A stretch of 64,000 nucleotides of DNA from the human T2T-CHM13v2.0 reference genome, Homo sapiens. The notes under the pieces were generated by a model, which worked only from the letters and a program-made list of their open reading frames with translations, ran no database searches and was not told where the DNA came from. Numbering within the stretch: position 1 is the first letter of the stretch; the number at the start of each line of letters is the position of its first letter. Of this stretch, positions 37,376 to 54,842 are shown piece after piece. The DNA is taken from NCBI RefSeq assembly GCF_009914755.1, contig NC_060947.1, one strand, 5' to 3'. A program made the translations under genes and the position numbers.

Positions 37376-38229
37376 AACTGCTTTTTTTCCATAACTTTGT
37401 AATACATCATTTGAAAGTAATCTGATTTCACAATGTTTTACAGCGTAAGAGTAGCATCTATAGCATCTCTTCTTGGAAGTTTACCTCTGGAGAGAACCAA
37501 TCTAATTACCTCATAAGCTGGCACATTTTAAAGCAGTTACACCTCTAACTTGATTTCCCAGCTATGCTCGAGGGTCCCAGGAACCAAAATTGCAGCCAAA
37601 CTGATCTGAAAGGAGCAGGGAATAGAATGGTCAAGCATGTCTCCAAGTTTAACCTAGGCCTGGGACATCCTCACCAACTGCTCAGATGGCAAGTAGGGGG
37701 CAACTAAGTGAAGGGAGTAGCAGGAAGACCCACTTGGGGTGGACACTGATGAAAAACACAAGCAGTATCAGACCCACTGTTTTCAGGATTAAAATCCCCA
37801 GATGCCCAGTTGCTGGTATACTATCTACTATGTCATTACCAGCAGGACAAAGGGTAATACTTATGAAGACTAGAATATGCAAGGAAAAAATTAAGCTGCC
37901 TGCCTGTCTGGGGCCTACAAAGCCAAACAGTGCTAATTTCATCCATGCCAAACACAGAAAATTGTTCATTCCTTCCTGATTTGGGTTTTAAGGAAGAGTG
38001 CTGATCATCAGAGAAACCAGGTAATTCTATCCTGAAGCCCAAGGGAAGAAATAGTGGCCATTTCCCAGTTATAGATGGTGCAGGGGGCAACACTATCTGC
38101 CACCATGAAGGGAAAAAGCTATCTTGGTAAGCTTTGGTCTTCACAGGACATGGAACCAGAGTAGCAAGATCAGGGCCTGCATGACTGATCCTGATTAAGA
38201 GCAGGACTTCCTCACATAAGGTACACAAA

Positions 38230-38456
38230 GGCGGGGCGCAGTTGCTCACGCCTGCAATCCCAGCACCCTGGGAGGCCCAGGCAGGTGGACCAACCAAGGT
38301 CAGGAGTTTGAGACCAGCCTGGCCAACATGGTGACACCCTGTTTCCGTCTCTACTAAAAATACAAAAATGAGCCGGACATGGTGGCACATGCCTGCAATC
38401 CCATCCGCTCAGGAGACTGAGGCAGGAAAATCACCCAAACCCAGGAGGTGGAGGTT
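38230..38456 (+). mobile_element. AluS truncated within its right arm, no tail
   Basis: Stops abruptly after ggaggtggaggtt, exactly at the second copy of the RPS2 TSD. Confidence 0.9.
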
Positions 38457-38509
38457 CGGAGGCTATATTTCTTGTTGCTCAAGTTAATAAGGAGCCAGTG
38501 GAGTAGAAT

Positions 38510-38740
38510 AATGATAGAGAGGCAACATAACATGGTGGTTAAGAATATAGATTTAGGAGCCAGATGCCCTGAGTTTGACACCTGTCTCTGCCATGTGATA
38601 GCTTTGTGACCTTGGGCAAGTTACTTAACTTCTCTGTGCCTCAGTTTTCTCATCTGTATATTCAGAATAATGTTATGAAGAGTAAGCAAGTTAATATTTG
38701 TAAAGGGTCTGTTTGGAACAGTGCCCGGAATATAGTGAAA
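38510..38740 (+). mobile_element. MIR
   Basis: 'gtgaccttgggcaagttacttaacttctctgtgcctcagttttctcatctgta'. Confidence 0.9.
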
Positions 38741-38909
38741 GGAAAACATTGCCCTAATTCTGACATTTTTAATGTTATAAAATCTTTCTTGGAAATAATT
38801 AGGTAAGATATGACAAAGGATTGTTTGAGAAGATAGCCTTCTTGTCTCTATAGCATAAAGAATGTGGCGATGTGGAAAATAAAATATAAACATAGCAAAA
38901 ATAAAATCA

Positions 38910-39244
<335 letters not shown>

Positions 39245-39315
39245 TCAGAATGACCCTGCTGGCAAGACGTCACACTGTGAAACAGTAACTCACTGATAGT
39301 TATGCTGTCTATAAC

Positions 39316-39430
39316 TGAAGGGAAGGAAGAATGAGAGGGAAGGATGGAGGGAAGGAAGAAGGGAGGCAGAGATAGAGGGAAGGAAGAAGGGAGGCAGAGA
39401 TAGAGGGAAAGAAGGGAGAGAAGAAAGAAA
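39316..39430. repeat. Purine-rich low-complexity tract with a 28-bp tandem duplication
   Basis: agggaaggaagaagggaggcagagatag x2 (39348-39403). Confidence 0.9.
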
Positions 39431-39507
39431 GTTCTCCGAGATTTTCATTTCTTTTTGAAGAATATAGATCCAAGATGTTTGGTGAGTTCCTGTTGAAATT
39501 TGGGAAG

Positions 39508-40030
39508 TGTGCCAGGTTGTATTTTCCCAAGATGACTGCATCAATGTGTGTATCCCACTCCACATACTCCACATACAATGTAGGGTCTACATTCCCTCCT
39601 CTGACATCTGGGCAGAGGCTGTGACTGCTCTGACCAATGGAGTATAGCGGAATGATATTAACATGACTTCCAAGGCTACGTTGTATAAAGGACACAGCTT
39701 CCACTGCACGCTCTCTCAGGATACTTGCTCTTGGACCCAGCCATCGCACTGTCTGGGCCACATGAGAGGACCACAGTGTGTAGATGTTCTGGCTGACAGC
39801 CAGCATCAGCCACCAGATATATGAGTAAGCCTTCAGAGGATTCCAGCTTGCAAATACTGAGTCTTCCCAGCTGAGGTCCAGACATCGTGGAGCAGAGACA
39901 AGCTGTCTCTGCTGTCCCTTCTCTGAATCCCTGATTCACAGAAACCATAAAAGATAATAAATGATTATTGTTGTTTTAAACCACTAAGTTTTGGAATAAT
40001 TTGTTAGACGATGATAGATGACGAATATAG
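39508..40030 (+). mobile_element. MLT1G-type MaLR LTR
   Basis: MLT1 3' motif 'gataataaatgattattgttgttttaaaccactaagttttgg'. Confidence 0.8.
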
Positions 40031-40151
40031 GAAGTCTATAAAAAGGTAGGGTGTGGTTTCTAGAAGAGAAGGACATCAAAGCATTCCCATGGTGAATCCT
40101 ATTTGAGCCTTTGGGATCCATGCCATTGCGTATTTAAATCTTTCCCCCTTC

Positions 40152-40955
40152 GACCAGGCACTGTGGCTTATGCCTGTAATCCCAGCACTTTGGGAGGCCC
40201 AGGCAGGAGGATCACTTTAGCTCAGGAGTTTGAGACAAATCTGGGCAACATAGCATCTCTACAAAAATAAAAATAAAAAATTAGCCAGACACAGTGGCGC
40301 ATGCTTGTTGTCCTAGCTACTAGGAAGGCTGAGGTGTGAGGATCACTTGAGACCAAGTGGGAGGATTGCTTGAGCCCAGGAGTTCAAGGTTACAGTGAGC
40401 TATGCTTACACCACTGCACTCCAGCGTGGGCAACAGAGTGAGACCCTGTCTCAAAAAAAACCAAAAAAACAAAACCCTTTTCCCTTTAGCAAGCAAACTT
40501 ATAATTCATAAATTTTGTCAAATGAGCTATGCTTGATCTGAGTCACACTGGGAACCTCTGAACAGGTGCCATAGGTGGGAGTGCTGTAAGTCCCTCACAG
40601 AGATCAGGGCTCCCTGGCCCAGGCTGCCACCCAAAGACTTTGAGCAGGGCTGGGTGCAGGGACTCATGCCTATAATCCCAGCACTTTGGGAGGCCGAGGC
40701 AGGAGGATCTTTTGAGGGCAGGGGTTCAAGACCAGCCTGGGCAACATGGCAAAACCCATCTCTACAAAGAATACAATAATTAGCTGGGTGTGGTGGCACA
40801 CACCTGTAGTCCCAGCTACTTGGGAGGCTAAGGTGGGAGGATCGCTTGAGCCTGGGAAGTCGAGGCTGCAGTGAGCCATGATTGTGCTACTGCACTGCAC
40901 TCTAGCCTGGGTGATAGAGTGAGACCCTGTCTCAAAAAAAAAAAAAAAAAAAAAG
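40152..40955 (+). mobile_element. Two AluJ elements (about 40152-40475 and 40648-40955)
   Basis: Alu dimers with A tails. Confidence 0.9.
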
Positions 40956-41118
40956 GAATAAAGACTTTGAGCAAAGGAAAATTCTCATGAGAGTAATTAT
41001 AAAGTGGCCTGGTGTCAGGAGCTTATCAAAAGCACAACCAACAATGTTCTGAACTTATCTCCTGTTATGTTGACTATAAGTGCAAACAAGAAATGTAATA
41101 AAACAAAATAAAAAATAA

Positions 41119-41579
<461 letters not shown>

Positions 41580-41599
41580 TAATATCTTGACATATTCTT

Positions 41600-42290
<691 letters not shown>

Positions 42291-42915
42291 ATATCTTGGT
42301 GTATTCTTTAAAGAAATATCAGTATTCAGATAATCTTTAAAGAAATAATATACCGATATATATACGGAGGTGACTGAAAAATATTCAGTTTCATATTCCA
42401 CTTTCCTCACTTAACTATGTTTTTACATCTTTCCATGTCAATAAATATAGCTCTACTTCATTATTTTAATGATCAGAAAGTAACCCGTTGATGAAATGTA
42501 CCATGATTAACATATTCAATTTCCCCTTGGAAATTTTGTCATTTCTACTTGCTTTCCATTACACAGCCTTGCAGTGAACATCTCTGCACACACATAACTG
42601 ATCATTTCTTTATGATAAATTGCTAGAAGTAGAATTAGAAGATCAAAGGGTCAGAACCTTATAGATCTTTTAACAAACCATGCTACATTGCCCTCCAGAA
42701 AGGTTATGACAATTTACACATACACCAGCAGTGTATGAGAGTACCCATGCTAACACTCAGATTTATTATTTTTTAACTTAGCTAATCTAAGTTAAACATT
42801 ATGTACATTGTTGTAATTTGCACCTTTAAAGGTGAACGTATTTTTGTTTTGTGTTTTGGTCATTTGTAGTTATCTGGGAGTTGCCTGTTTTATTCTTTGC
42901 CCTCTCATGTATATA

Positions 42916-43210
42916 CAGTCGGCCCTTGGTATCTGCATGGTAGATGCTCAAGTTCCTGAGATAAAATGGTGTCATATTTGCATATAACCTACAACATCCT
43001 CCTGTATACTTTAAATCATCTCTAGGTTACTTAAAATACCCAATACAATGTAAATGCTATGTAAATAGTTGTTATACTGTATTGGTTTTTAATTTGTCTT
43101 CTTTTTATTGTTGTATTGTTATGTTTTGTTGGGTTTTTTTCCAATTTTTTTTTTACCCAAAGTTGGTTGAATCCACAGATACAGAACCCATGGATAGGGA
43201 CGGCCTACTG
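42916..43210 (+). mobile_element. MER2 (TcMar-Tigger MITE), internally deleted
   Basis: TA-CAGTCGGCCC ... GGCCTACTG-TA termini and MER2 body. Confidence 0.8.
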
Positions 43211-43509
43211 TATATTTATTAATTGATTTGTAGAAACCATTTATATGGTAAAGATATTAGCTCCTTGGCTATCATAGTTCTTAAATGCTCATTTGTCTTT
43301 TTAAATTATTAGTGGTGTTTCTTTTCCTCCAAATTTTCTAAATAGAAAATACTTTTACACCTAGTGATGATAAACAAAAGCATCTGATATTAGTGTAAAC
43401 CAGATATGCAAAAAGAGCTGGAGGAACAAAAGCCTCAAGGGAAGGTTGCCCTGGGTGATGCTCTTTGTACATTTCTATACATTTCAGATTTACTAAAATG
43501 AATAAATAA

Positions 43510-43804
43510 CTTTTTTTTTTTGAGACAGAGTCCTGCACTGTCGCCCAGGCTGTAGTATACTGGCACCATCTTGGCTCACTGCAGCGTCTGCCTCCTGAGT
43601 TCAAGCAATTTTTGTGCCTCAGCCACCCGAGTAGCTGGGATCACAGGTATGTGCCACCACACGGGGTTAATTTTTGTATTTTTAGTAAAGACAGGATTTT
43701 GCCATGTTGGCCAGGCTAGTCTCAAACTCCTGGCCTCAAGTGATCCACCTGCCTCGGCCTCCCAAAGTGCTGGGATTACAGGAGTGAGCCACGGTGCCCA
43801 GCCT
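43510..43804 (-). mobile_element. AluS/J
   Basis: TSD TGAATAAATAACTTTT. Confidence 0.9.
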
Positions 43805-43977
43805 GAATAAATAACTTTTATAATCTTAAAAAGTATTCTAAAGATTTTGTTTTTCTTAAGTGCAGGGAAATTTGTGTAATCTATGTGAGTGGAATGCCAG
43901 AAGCAAGAAAGAGAATGAGAGGGAAATACAATGAGAGGAATGAGAGGTAAAAGGTGAAGTTAAAAAAATAATGGGCA

Positions 43978-44324
<347 letters not shown>

Positions 44325-44723
44325 TTATTTGTCAGCTTAAATATATTAATTAATTAAATAAATAAAAAGAAAATAGGAACCAGACCACCAAGGACTTTGG
44401 ATTTCCTGTTAGAGTTGCAGTCTATAGCCGAAGGCTTTTAGACAGTGAAGTGATCTGATAAGATCTGTATTTCAGAAATCTTTGGTTACAATAGAAAAGA
44501 GAAATTAGATTTTGGAATTAAGAAGCCATGTGTGATGGTATCAGTTGTTTATTGCTATCATAAAGTCATGTAACAACCACAAAATCTCAGTGATAAACAG
44601 AGTGTTTATTGCTTACATGTCTGGGGTCAACTGGAGGCCAGCTAAACAACCCTGCTCATCTTGGCTAGGCTCATCCACATCTGGGAGTGCTTGTCTATTG
44701 ACTGATCTAGACTGCCATTTGCT

Positions 44724-45117
44724 TGTTCCAGACTGTCTTTTTAAGGATGTTTGTATGGCTAACAAGCTTGGAAGATAGAGGTGGCATCTCCCTCCAGAGT
44801 AAAGGGTAAGCATGCTCACCACCTATTATAAAAAATTTAGATTCCCTAACTCTAGTATTTTTCTCCTTTAATGCAATCCACTGTGTGTGCAGACCTTCAT
44901 CTGAGCACATCCATATCACCATCATCAGACTTGGGGGACACAGGGAACTGATGTAAATGTGCTCATGCTTATACTGCTTGCTGTGTCATGAGTAATGAAA
45001 TCCTTCGCCTTTGACCCAAGAGTCTCATGTTTTCTGTCCACATCCATGAAACTGTGACAAGTTATCTTATTAGCTTGTAAGTAGGATAAAATCTCAGACC
45101 CTTCACAGTTCTTGATG
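44724..45117 (+). mobile_element. ERVL-class LTR (LTR40-like), preceded by an MLT1 fragment at about 44530-44720
   Basis: Terminal 'gtaggataaaatctcagacccttcacagttcttga' recalled from the LTR40 group. Confidence 0.5.
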
Positions 45118-45229
45118 CTGGTCTGCTTCCCCTTCTCAACCATTGGATCTGTGAAGACCTTTCATAGCCATGTTCCCAGCACCAGGCACAGAGCTCAGTA
45201 TATAACTGGCACTTCAGAAATATTTGTCA

Positions 45230-45567
<338 letters not shown>

Positions 45568-45699
45568 TTATTATTTATTTACTTTTCATTTTCAGTAGAT
45601 AGGCTTGAAAATACCATTTCATTTGACATGGCCATCAATCTCCTGTCATTGTTACTCTAAATAAGCTTTCCTCTACCTCCTCAGTACTTGTTAAGATAG

Positions 45700-46031
<332 letters not shown>

Positions 46032-46099
46032 TGGTGTATCCTACTTTTTAAAGCACTCTGGAATGGAGCCCGATACAGGACTTCCTTATATCCAAAACA

Positions 46100-46830
46100 G
46101 CCATATATTGACTCTTGTGGATATTGTTTCTACTTTGCCGAAATTTATTTATATGTGGGCTTTGATTTCTTTATGAAAATTTTTCTCATAGACTTTAGAA
46201 AAGAAACTTGTAATGCTTCCATGTATACTTGTCGGTTGGATTCCCAACTATTTGTCAACTGAGCGGGTAAGCCCAGAATGAAGACGGGGGAAAATAAAAA
46301 TAGGGAACCAACTAACTCAAAAGGAGAGAAATGAATAAATGTCAGGACAACTTGTCCATTCAACTGTATTGTGCAAGGTTTCTGCAGCTGTCTCCTCAGC
46401 TGCCAAAGTCTGGGTTAAAGTTCAAAGGGAAAACTCTCCATCCACATATTTTCCAATTTAAAAAAAAGTTAAAGTATTTGAAACTCAAATATTTTTATAC
46501 ATGAAAATCCAGGGGTGAATTTTAATAAAGCCTGTGAGCAGAACAGAAGTAATCCGGCTCTGATTTAAACATCATTAATGTTTAAACTGTATTAATTTTA
46601 AAACCTCAGCCCTGGCACACTTCGAAAGCCGGTCTTCCTCCTGCTAACTCTGGCAACAATCTCTGGGCTAAACGTGAGTCATAACTTGTGACACTGCAGA
46701 CAGCATCTGTGAGGTGGGGTGTTTCACTTCTCACTTCGGCTCATGTTTCCTTGTGCTGATTGGGAAGTAAGGACATAAGAGGAAAGCAAATTGTGGGAAT
46801 GAGGTTCTCCTAATTTCATTCAAAAGGCTC
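46100..46830. promoter_or_regulatory. Candidate enhancer (motif-based only)
   Basis: Apparently non-repeat DNA with DR1, TCF/LEF, AP-1, E-box, CCAAT, ETS and RBPJ-like motifs. Confidence 0.3.
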
Positions 46831-47581
46831 TAGGCTAGGAAATATTTAAAGATTTTTAAAAAAAGAACAGGTTTTTAAAAGTGAAACAGAGCTTCAATAA
46901 GTATTAAAATGCAGTAGATACTTAATGCCATAAAACTGTATACTTAAAAATGGTTCAATTGCTAAATTTTGTTATATATATTTTGCCACAATAAAAATGC
47001 AACAAATTAAAACCTATAAAACATGTTTAAATGTTTAAATTCATGGTGATGATATTTAAAAACTGGCCACCTTGAAAGATGTCAGGGGACCAATTCATCA
47101 TCTGAAAACGGATAAAAAAGGGAAAAAATAAAACATATATCCTGCTTTTCCTTTAGAAACTGCACCACTAGGTAACCAAATAATAGATCGGGGAAGCATC
47201 TCTTTATAAAATTATCCAATTATCCCAACTAATAAATGAAATAAAATGATAGAATTAGATTATAATCATTTTGCAACACTCTATGAATTAATTGATCTAG
47301 GCAATGAGAATCAACCGCTGCTAAAATCACAAAAGGAGACACGACCAGACATTACATGTCTCAGAACTCAGCACCACTTATAGTCTTGCAAAAAAGATGG
47401 AAATTCAGTCTAATCAAACCTCTGGATCCAAATGACAATTTGCAAGAAAGGCAGGGAGCAGAATACATGTTGAAATGCACCATCAGTGTGTCATCAGCAA
47501 AATGCAGATTTTAGGAAACTATAGGTCAAATTGTCTTGTTCTTCAACAAGTAGAGAATAAAGAAAAGAAAGGGTCATAGAC

Positions 47582-47899
<318 letters not shown>

Positions 47900-47927
47900 T
47901 TAAAAGAGATTTAAAAGATGAATCAAG

Positions 47928-49120
<1,193 letters not shown>

Positions 49121-49999
49121 TAGACAAATCAAACTTTTTAATGAGCATGGCACAACTAGAATGTCTAAGGATACACACTTGGGTGATAAAGCTGTAGAGA
49201 AGAATAAGGCAATGGTTGCTATAAAAATCAGGATACTGGCCATGGAGGGGCTTCCGGGGTGGCTAGCAAAGTACTACTTCTTGACCTGGATGGTAGTTAT
49301 GAGGGTGTGCCCTTATAATAATGTGCTATTCTGTACTTTCTTTTTGTATGCTTTTCTGTGTTTTATAATAAAAATGGAGTTCAGCTGGGGCTTCTGGGAT
49401 GAACTGTAGTCATATGAGTCACCCAGAACTGCTAACTGGACATGAACAGCTGGTCAGAGAGAAGGATGATGAGGGAACTGGTGAGCCCCCAGAGGTTACC
49501 TAACGGCCAGGAATTTGCCCAGCTATGTGTGGGCGGGTAAAACCTGAATTGTACCATCAGTTTGTGCCAGGACAGAGTTTTGAATTCCCGGCAGAAATGG
49601 ATGGGAAAGGGCTCAGAAGTTGTTTTGAGTGTACCACATTTTAGTTCCTGGAATAGTTTAGTTCTTGGGCATTATAGCTCAGGCCAGCCAACTGCCAGCA
49701 AAACTTAAGCCTTCAACACTGTGCTGTTAGAGAGCTGCGAGTGAGGAAGTCCTAGCTCCAGAGACCCCATTTCATTACAGATAAATGCTGTAGCATCTTT
49801 ATCAGCAATTCACAGTGCACTTAAAGCTGTATCAAAGGTTGCAGCCAGGTCTCCTTCCACCAAGAAATCTGGAGAAGGTGAAGACATTATTAAATAAATG
49901 ATGCCAAAAAGCCTGGATGTAAGTCCCCAAAGAGAAGGCAGCATAAAATGTCAGAGTGGGAGAAACTGTGTGGTCTACCAAAGTAGACAGTACAATAGG

Positions 50000-50955
50000 T
50001 ATCTGGTACAATCAGATACCAATACACAGCTATTAGAATCCTAAAATCCAAAGAAAATTGACAATACCAATTGCTGTTGAGAATGAGGAACAACGGTAAT
50101 TCTCACTCATTGCTGACGGGGATGCAAAAATGGTACAGCCACTTTGAAAGACCATTTGGTCTTTCCTGCAAAGCTAAACATAGTTTTACCATACAATCCA
50201 GCAATTGTTCTCATAGGTATTTAACCAGCTAATTTGAAAGTTATGTCCACACAAAAACCTGCACACTAATGTTTATAGCAGCTTTTTTCATAATCACCAA
50301 GAACTGGAAGCAATCAAGAGGTGTTTTGATAGGTAAATATATAAACCAACTGTGGTACATCCATACAGTGAACATTATTTAATGATAAAAAGAAATTTGC
50401 TATCAAGCCATGCAAAAACATGGATGAATTCTAAATGCCTCTTGCTAAGTGGAAGCAGCCAGTCTGAAAAGGCTACATACTGCATGATTCCATTTTATAT
50501 GACATTCTGTAAAAGGCAAAACTAGAGATAACAAACAGATCAGTGGTTGCCAAGGGGCCAGGAACGGGGAGGGTTGAAAAGTGAAGCACAGGGCAATTTG
50601 AGGACAGTGAAAATATTCTGTATGATATTATAATGGGGTTAGATGATATTGTGCATTATTCAAAAACCTATAGAACTTTATAGCACAAAGAGTGACAATG
50701 TATGCAATTAAAAAAGTCATTTAGAAGGTCAGGTGATTGCAAGATGGAATACAGAATATGACAAAAGAATCTAGCTGCATTACAAATGCATGAAATCATT
50801 TCACTGAAGGGGATAGGGAGGAAAGGTGCTGATGTATGTAACTTTGGAAATGAGTGGATACTGTAAGACCAGAGACGAAAGGAGCTGTATATAAACACTA
50901 TACTCTAGTTGTTAAAGTTGTTTCCGATGAGGGTATGTGTTAACAATTCTAATCC
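50000..50955 (+). mobile_element. L1MC/MD 3' end
   Basis: 'aatggtacagccactttg', 'gccagtctgaaaaggctacatactgcatgattcca'. Confidence 0.8.
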
Positions 50956-50957
50956 TA

Positions 50958-51249
50958 GCCAGGCAAGATGGCCCATGACTGTAATCTCAGCAACTTGGGA
51001 AGCTGAGGTGGGAGGATTGCTTGCAGCTAGGTTGAGGCTAGGAGTTTGAGACCAGCCTGGGAAAATAGAGAGACTCTGTCTCTACAAAAGATTTTAAAAA
51101 GTAGCTGGGCATGGCGGCGTGTGCCTGTAGTCCTAGCTAATCAGGAGGGTAAGGCAGGCAGACCTCTTGGGCCTGGGAGTTCAAGGCTTAAGTGAACTAT
51201 GATCATACCACTGCTTTCCAGTCTCGGTGACAGAACAAATCCCTTTCTC

Positions 51250-51280
<31 letters not shown>
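50958..51280 (+). mobile_element. AluJ
   Basis: Diverged dimer with (TAAA)n tail. Confidence 0.85.
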
Positions 51281-51394
51281 TCAACAACATTTGGGGCAAC
51301 CGTCAACCATTAGAACTGCAATTTATTATCTACGGAAGGCTGGACCCTTTCAGGAGATCAGGGACAAGCAGGGAATGGTAAAGTTGAAAACGAG

Positions 51395-53849
51395 TGTATT
51401 AGTTCATTCTCGCATTGCTATAAAGAAATCCCTGAGACTGGTAATTTATAAAGAAAAGATGCTTAATTGGCTCATGGTTCTGCAGGCTGCACAGGAAGCA
51501 TAGCAGCTTCTGCTTCTGGGGAGGACTCCGGAAACATACAATGATGGTGGAAGGCAAAGAAGGAGTGAGACATCTCACACGGCCAGAGCAGGAGGAAGAG
51601 AGAGAGTGAGGGAGGTGCCACACACCTTTAAACAACCAGATCTCATAAGAACTCCATCACGAGAACAGCACCAAAGGGATAGTGCTAAATCATTCATGAA
51701 GAATCCATCCCCATGATCCAATCACCTCCCACCAGGCCCCACCTCCAACATTGGGGATTACAATTCAACAAGAGATGTGGATAGGGACACAGATCCAAAC
51801 CATATTATTCTGCCCCTGGCCCCTCCCAAATCTCATGACCCTCTCACATGGAAAAATCCAGTTATGCCTTCCCAACAGTTCCCAAAAGTCTTAACTCATT
51901 CCAGCATTAACTCAGAAGTCTACAGCCCAAAGTCTCATCTGAGACAAAGCAATTCCCATCTGCTATGAGCCTATAAAATAAAAAACAAGTTAATTACTTC
52001 CAAGCTACAATGGGGGTATAGGCCTTGGGTAAATACTCCCATTCCAAAAGGGATAAATCGGCCAAAAGAAAGGGACTACAGGCCCCACACAAGTCTGAAA
52101 CCCAGCAGGGCAGCTGTTAAAGCTTCAAAATAATCTCCTTTGACTCCATGCCTCACATCCAGGGCACACTGATGCAAGGGGTGGGCTCCCAAAACCTTGG
52201 GCAGCTCTGCCCCTGTGGCTTTCCAGGGCTCAGCCCACACAGCTGCTCTCATGGGCTGGCATTGAGTACCTACGACTTTTCCAGGTGCATGGTGCGAGCT
52301 GCCAGTGGATCTACCATCCTGGGGTCTGGAGGATGGTGGCCCTCCTCTTACAGCTCTTCTACGAAGTGCCCCAGTGGGGACGTTGTTTGGAGGCTCCAAC
52401 CCCGTATTTCCCCTCAGCACTGCCCTAGTGGGGGTTCTCCATGAGGGCTCTGCCCCTGCAGCAGGCTTCTCTCTGGACATCCAGGTGTTTCATACATCCT
52501 CTGAAATCTAGGCAGAGGCTCCCAAACCTCAACTCTTGCACTTTGGGCTTCTGCAGGCTTAACACCATATGGAAGCCATCAGGGCTTATGGTTTGCACCC
52601 TCTGAAGCAGTGGCCCAAGCTGTACCTGGGCCCCTTTGAGCCAAGGCTGGATCTGGAGTGGTTGGGGCACAGGGAGCAGTGTCTCAAGGCTGTGCAGGGT
52701 GGCAGGGTCCTGGCCTGGCCCATGAAACCATCTTTCCCTCCTCGGCCTCTGGGCCTGTGATGGAAGGGGTTGCCAGGAAGGTCTCTGAAATGCCTTGGAG
52801 GCCTTTTCCCCATTATCTTGGATATTAGCACTTGGCTCCTCTTTACTTATGCAAATTTCTGCAGCTGCCTTGAATTCCTCCCCCAGAAAATGGGTTTTTC
52901 TTTTCTACTGCATGGCCAGACTGCAAATTTTCCAAACTTTTACACTCTGCTTCCCTTTTAAATATATGTTCCAGTTTCAGGTCATTTCTTGGCTCACGCA
53001 TAAGAGCATAGTTGTTAGAAATAGCCAGGCCATATCTCGAATGTTTTGCGGCTTAGAAATTTCTTCTGCCTGATACCCTAAATCATCACTCTCAAGTTCA
53101 AAGTTCCACAGATCCCTAGAACAGGGGCACAATGCAGCCAACCTCTTTGCTAATGCATAACAAATGTGACCTTTGCTCCAGTTCCAAATAAGTTCCTCAT
53201 CTCCATCTGAGACCTCCGTAGCCTAGACTTCATTGTCCATATCACTATCAGCATTTGGTCACAACAATTTAACAAGTCTCTAGGAACTTGTTAAACTTTC
53301 CCTCATCTTCCTGTCTTCTTCTGAGCCTTCCACACTCTTCCAACCTCTGCCACTTACCCAATTCCAAAGTTGCTTCCACATTTTCAGATATCTTTATAGC
53401 AGTGCCCCACTCCTTCGTACCAATTTTCTGTGTTAGTCTGTTCTCGCACTGCTATAAAAAAAATACCTGAGGCTGAGTAATTTATAAAGACAAGAGGTTT
53501 AATTGACTCATGGTTCTGCGGGCTGTACAGGAAGCATAGCAGCTTCTGCTTCTGGGGAGGCCTCAGGAAACTTACAATCATGACAGAAGGCAAAGGGGGA
53601 GTGAGACATCTCACATGGCCAGAGCAGGAGGAAGAGAGAGAGTGAGGGAGTGCCACACACTTTTAGACAACCAGATCTCATGAGAACTCTATCATAAGAA
53701 CAGCACCAAAGGGATGGTGCCAAACCATTCATGAAGAATCCACCCTCATGATCCAATCACCTCCCACCAGGCTCCACTTCCAACACTGAGGATTACAATT
53801 TGACATGAGATTTGGATGGGGACACAGATTCAAACTCCAAACCTTATCA
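51395..53849 (-). mobile_element. Two-LTR MST (MSTA-like) MaLR element: LTR 51395-51807, internal 51808-53428, LTR 53429-53849
   Basis: Two similar direct LTRs around a roughly 1.6-kb MaLR-int; PBS-like AATTGGTAC and PPT-like GGGAGGGGCCAGGGGCAGAA on the minus strand. Confidence 0.92.
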
Positions 53850-53972
53850 ATAGGATAGGGGTTAAGGGCGGACATGAGGGGACACAGGTAAGTTACCAGG
53901 CTGAGTGGGTACAATTAGGAGCCTATGGTGGAAACAGACTGAGGCATCAGTGTGTGAGTGACCAAATCCAGG

Positions 53973-54352
53973 TGTATTAATCCATTCTCACACTGCTATA
54001 AAGAACTACCTGAGACTGGGTAATCTATGAAGAAAAGAGGTTTACCTGACTCACAGTTCTGCAGCCTGTACAGGAAGCATGGCTGGAAAGCCTCAGGGAA
54101 CTTACAATCATGGCAGAAGGGTGAAGGGAAGCAAGCACGTTTTCACATGGTGGCAGAAGAGAGAGGGTGAAGGGGGAAGTGCTGCACACTTTTAAACAAC
54201 CAGATCTCATGAGAACTCACTCACCATCCCAGAACAGCAAGTGGGAAATCCACCCCCATGATCCAATCACCTCACACAAGGTCCCTCCCCCAACATTGGG
54301 GATTACAGTTCAACACGAGATTTGGATGGGGACACAGAGCATAACCATATCA
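53973..54352 (-). mobile_element. MSTA/THE1D-type solo LTR
   Basis: TG...CA ends; perfect 5-bp TSD CCAGG (53968-53972 and 54353-54357). Confidence 0.92.
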
Positions 54353-54612
54353 CCAGGCAAGAGAATTGGTGTGTAAGAGGCAGTGAGGCCACAGTGTTGG
54401 CAAAGAAACAAGGTAGCAGAAACTAGGAAGCATCCAGAATAGTCTTAGACAAAGTGCTATGGAGAGCTTTCTGCTGTGAGGGGACCCTACTGAGGATCCT
54501 CCATCCTTATCCCTCAGGATGACCTCTGTTAACAGTGCTCAGTGTGTGCTACAAGCAATTCACAAAATTATGATTATTGAAATGTATAGATTGTGGCACA
54601 GATTGCTACTAG

Positions 54613-54842
<230 letters not shown>

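Noticed and set aside
42303-42347. Repeated palindromic TCTTTAAAGAAATA
   Set aside because: Short AT-rich local duplication beside an L1 junction; not informative.
52076-52831. Cluster of 60-134-aa ORFs in GC-richer DNA
   Set aside because: MaLR internal region; no intact ORF.
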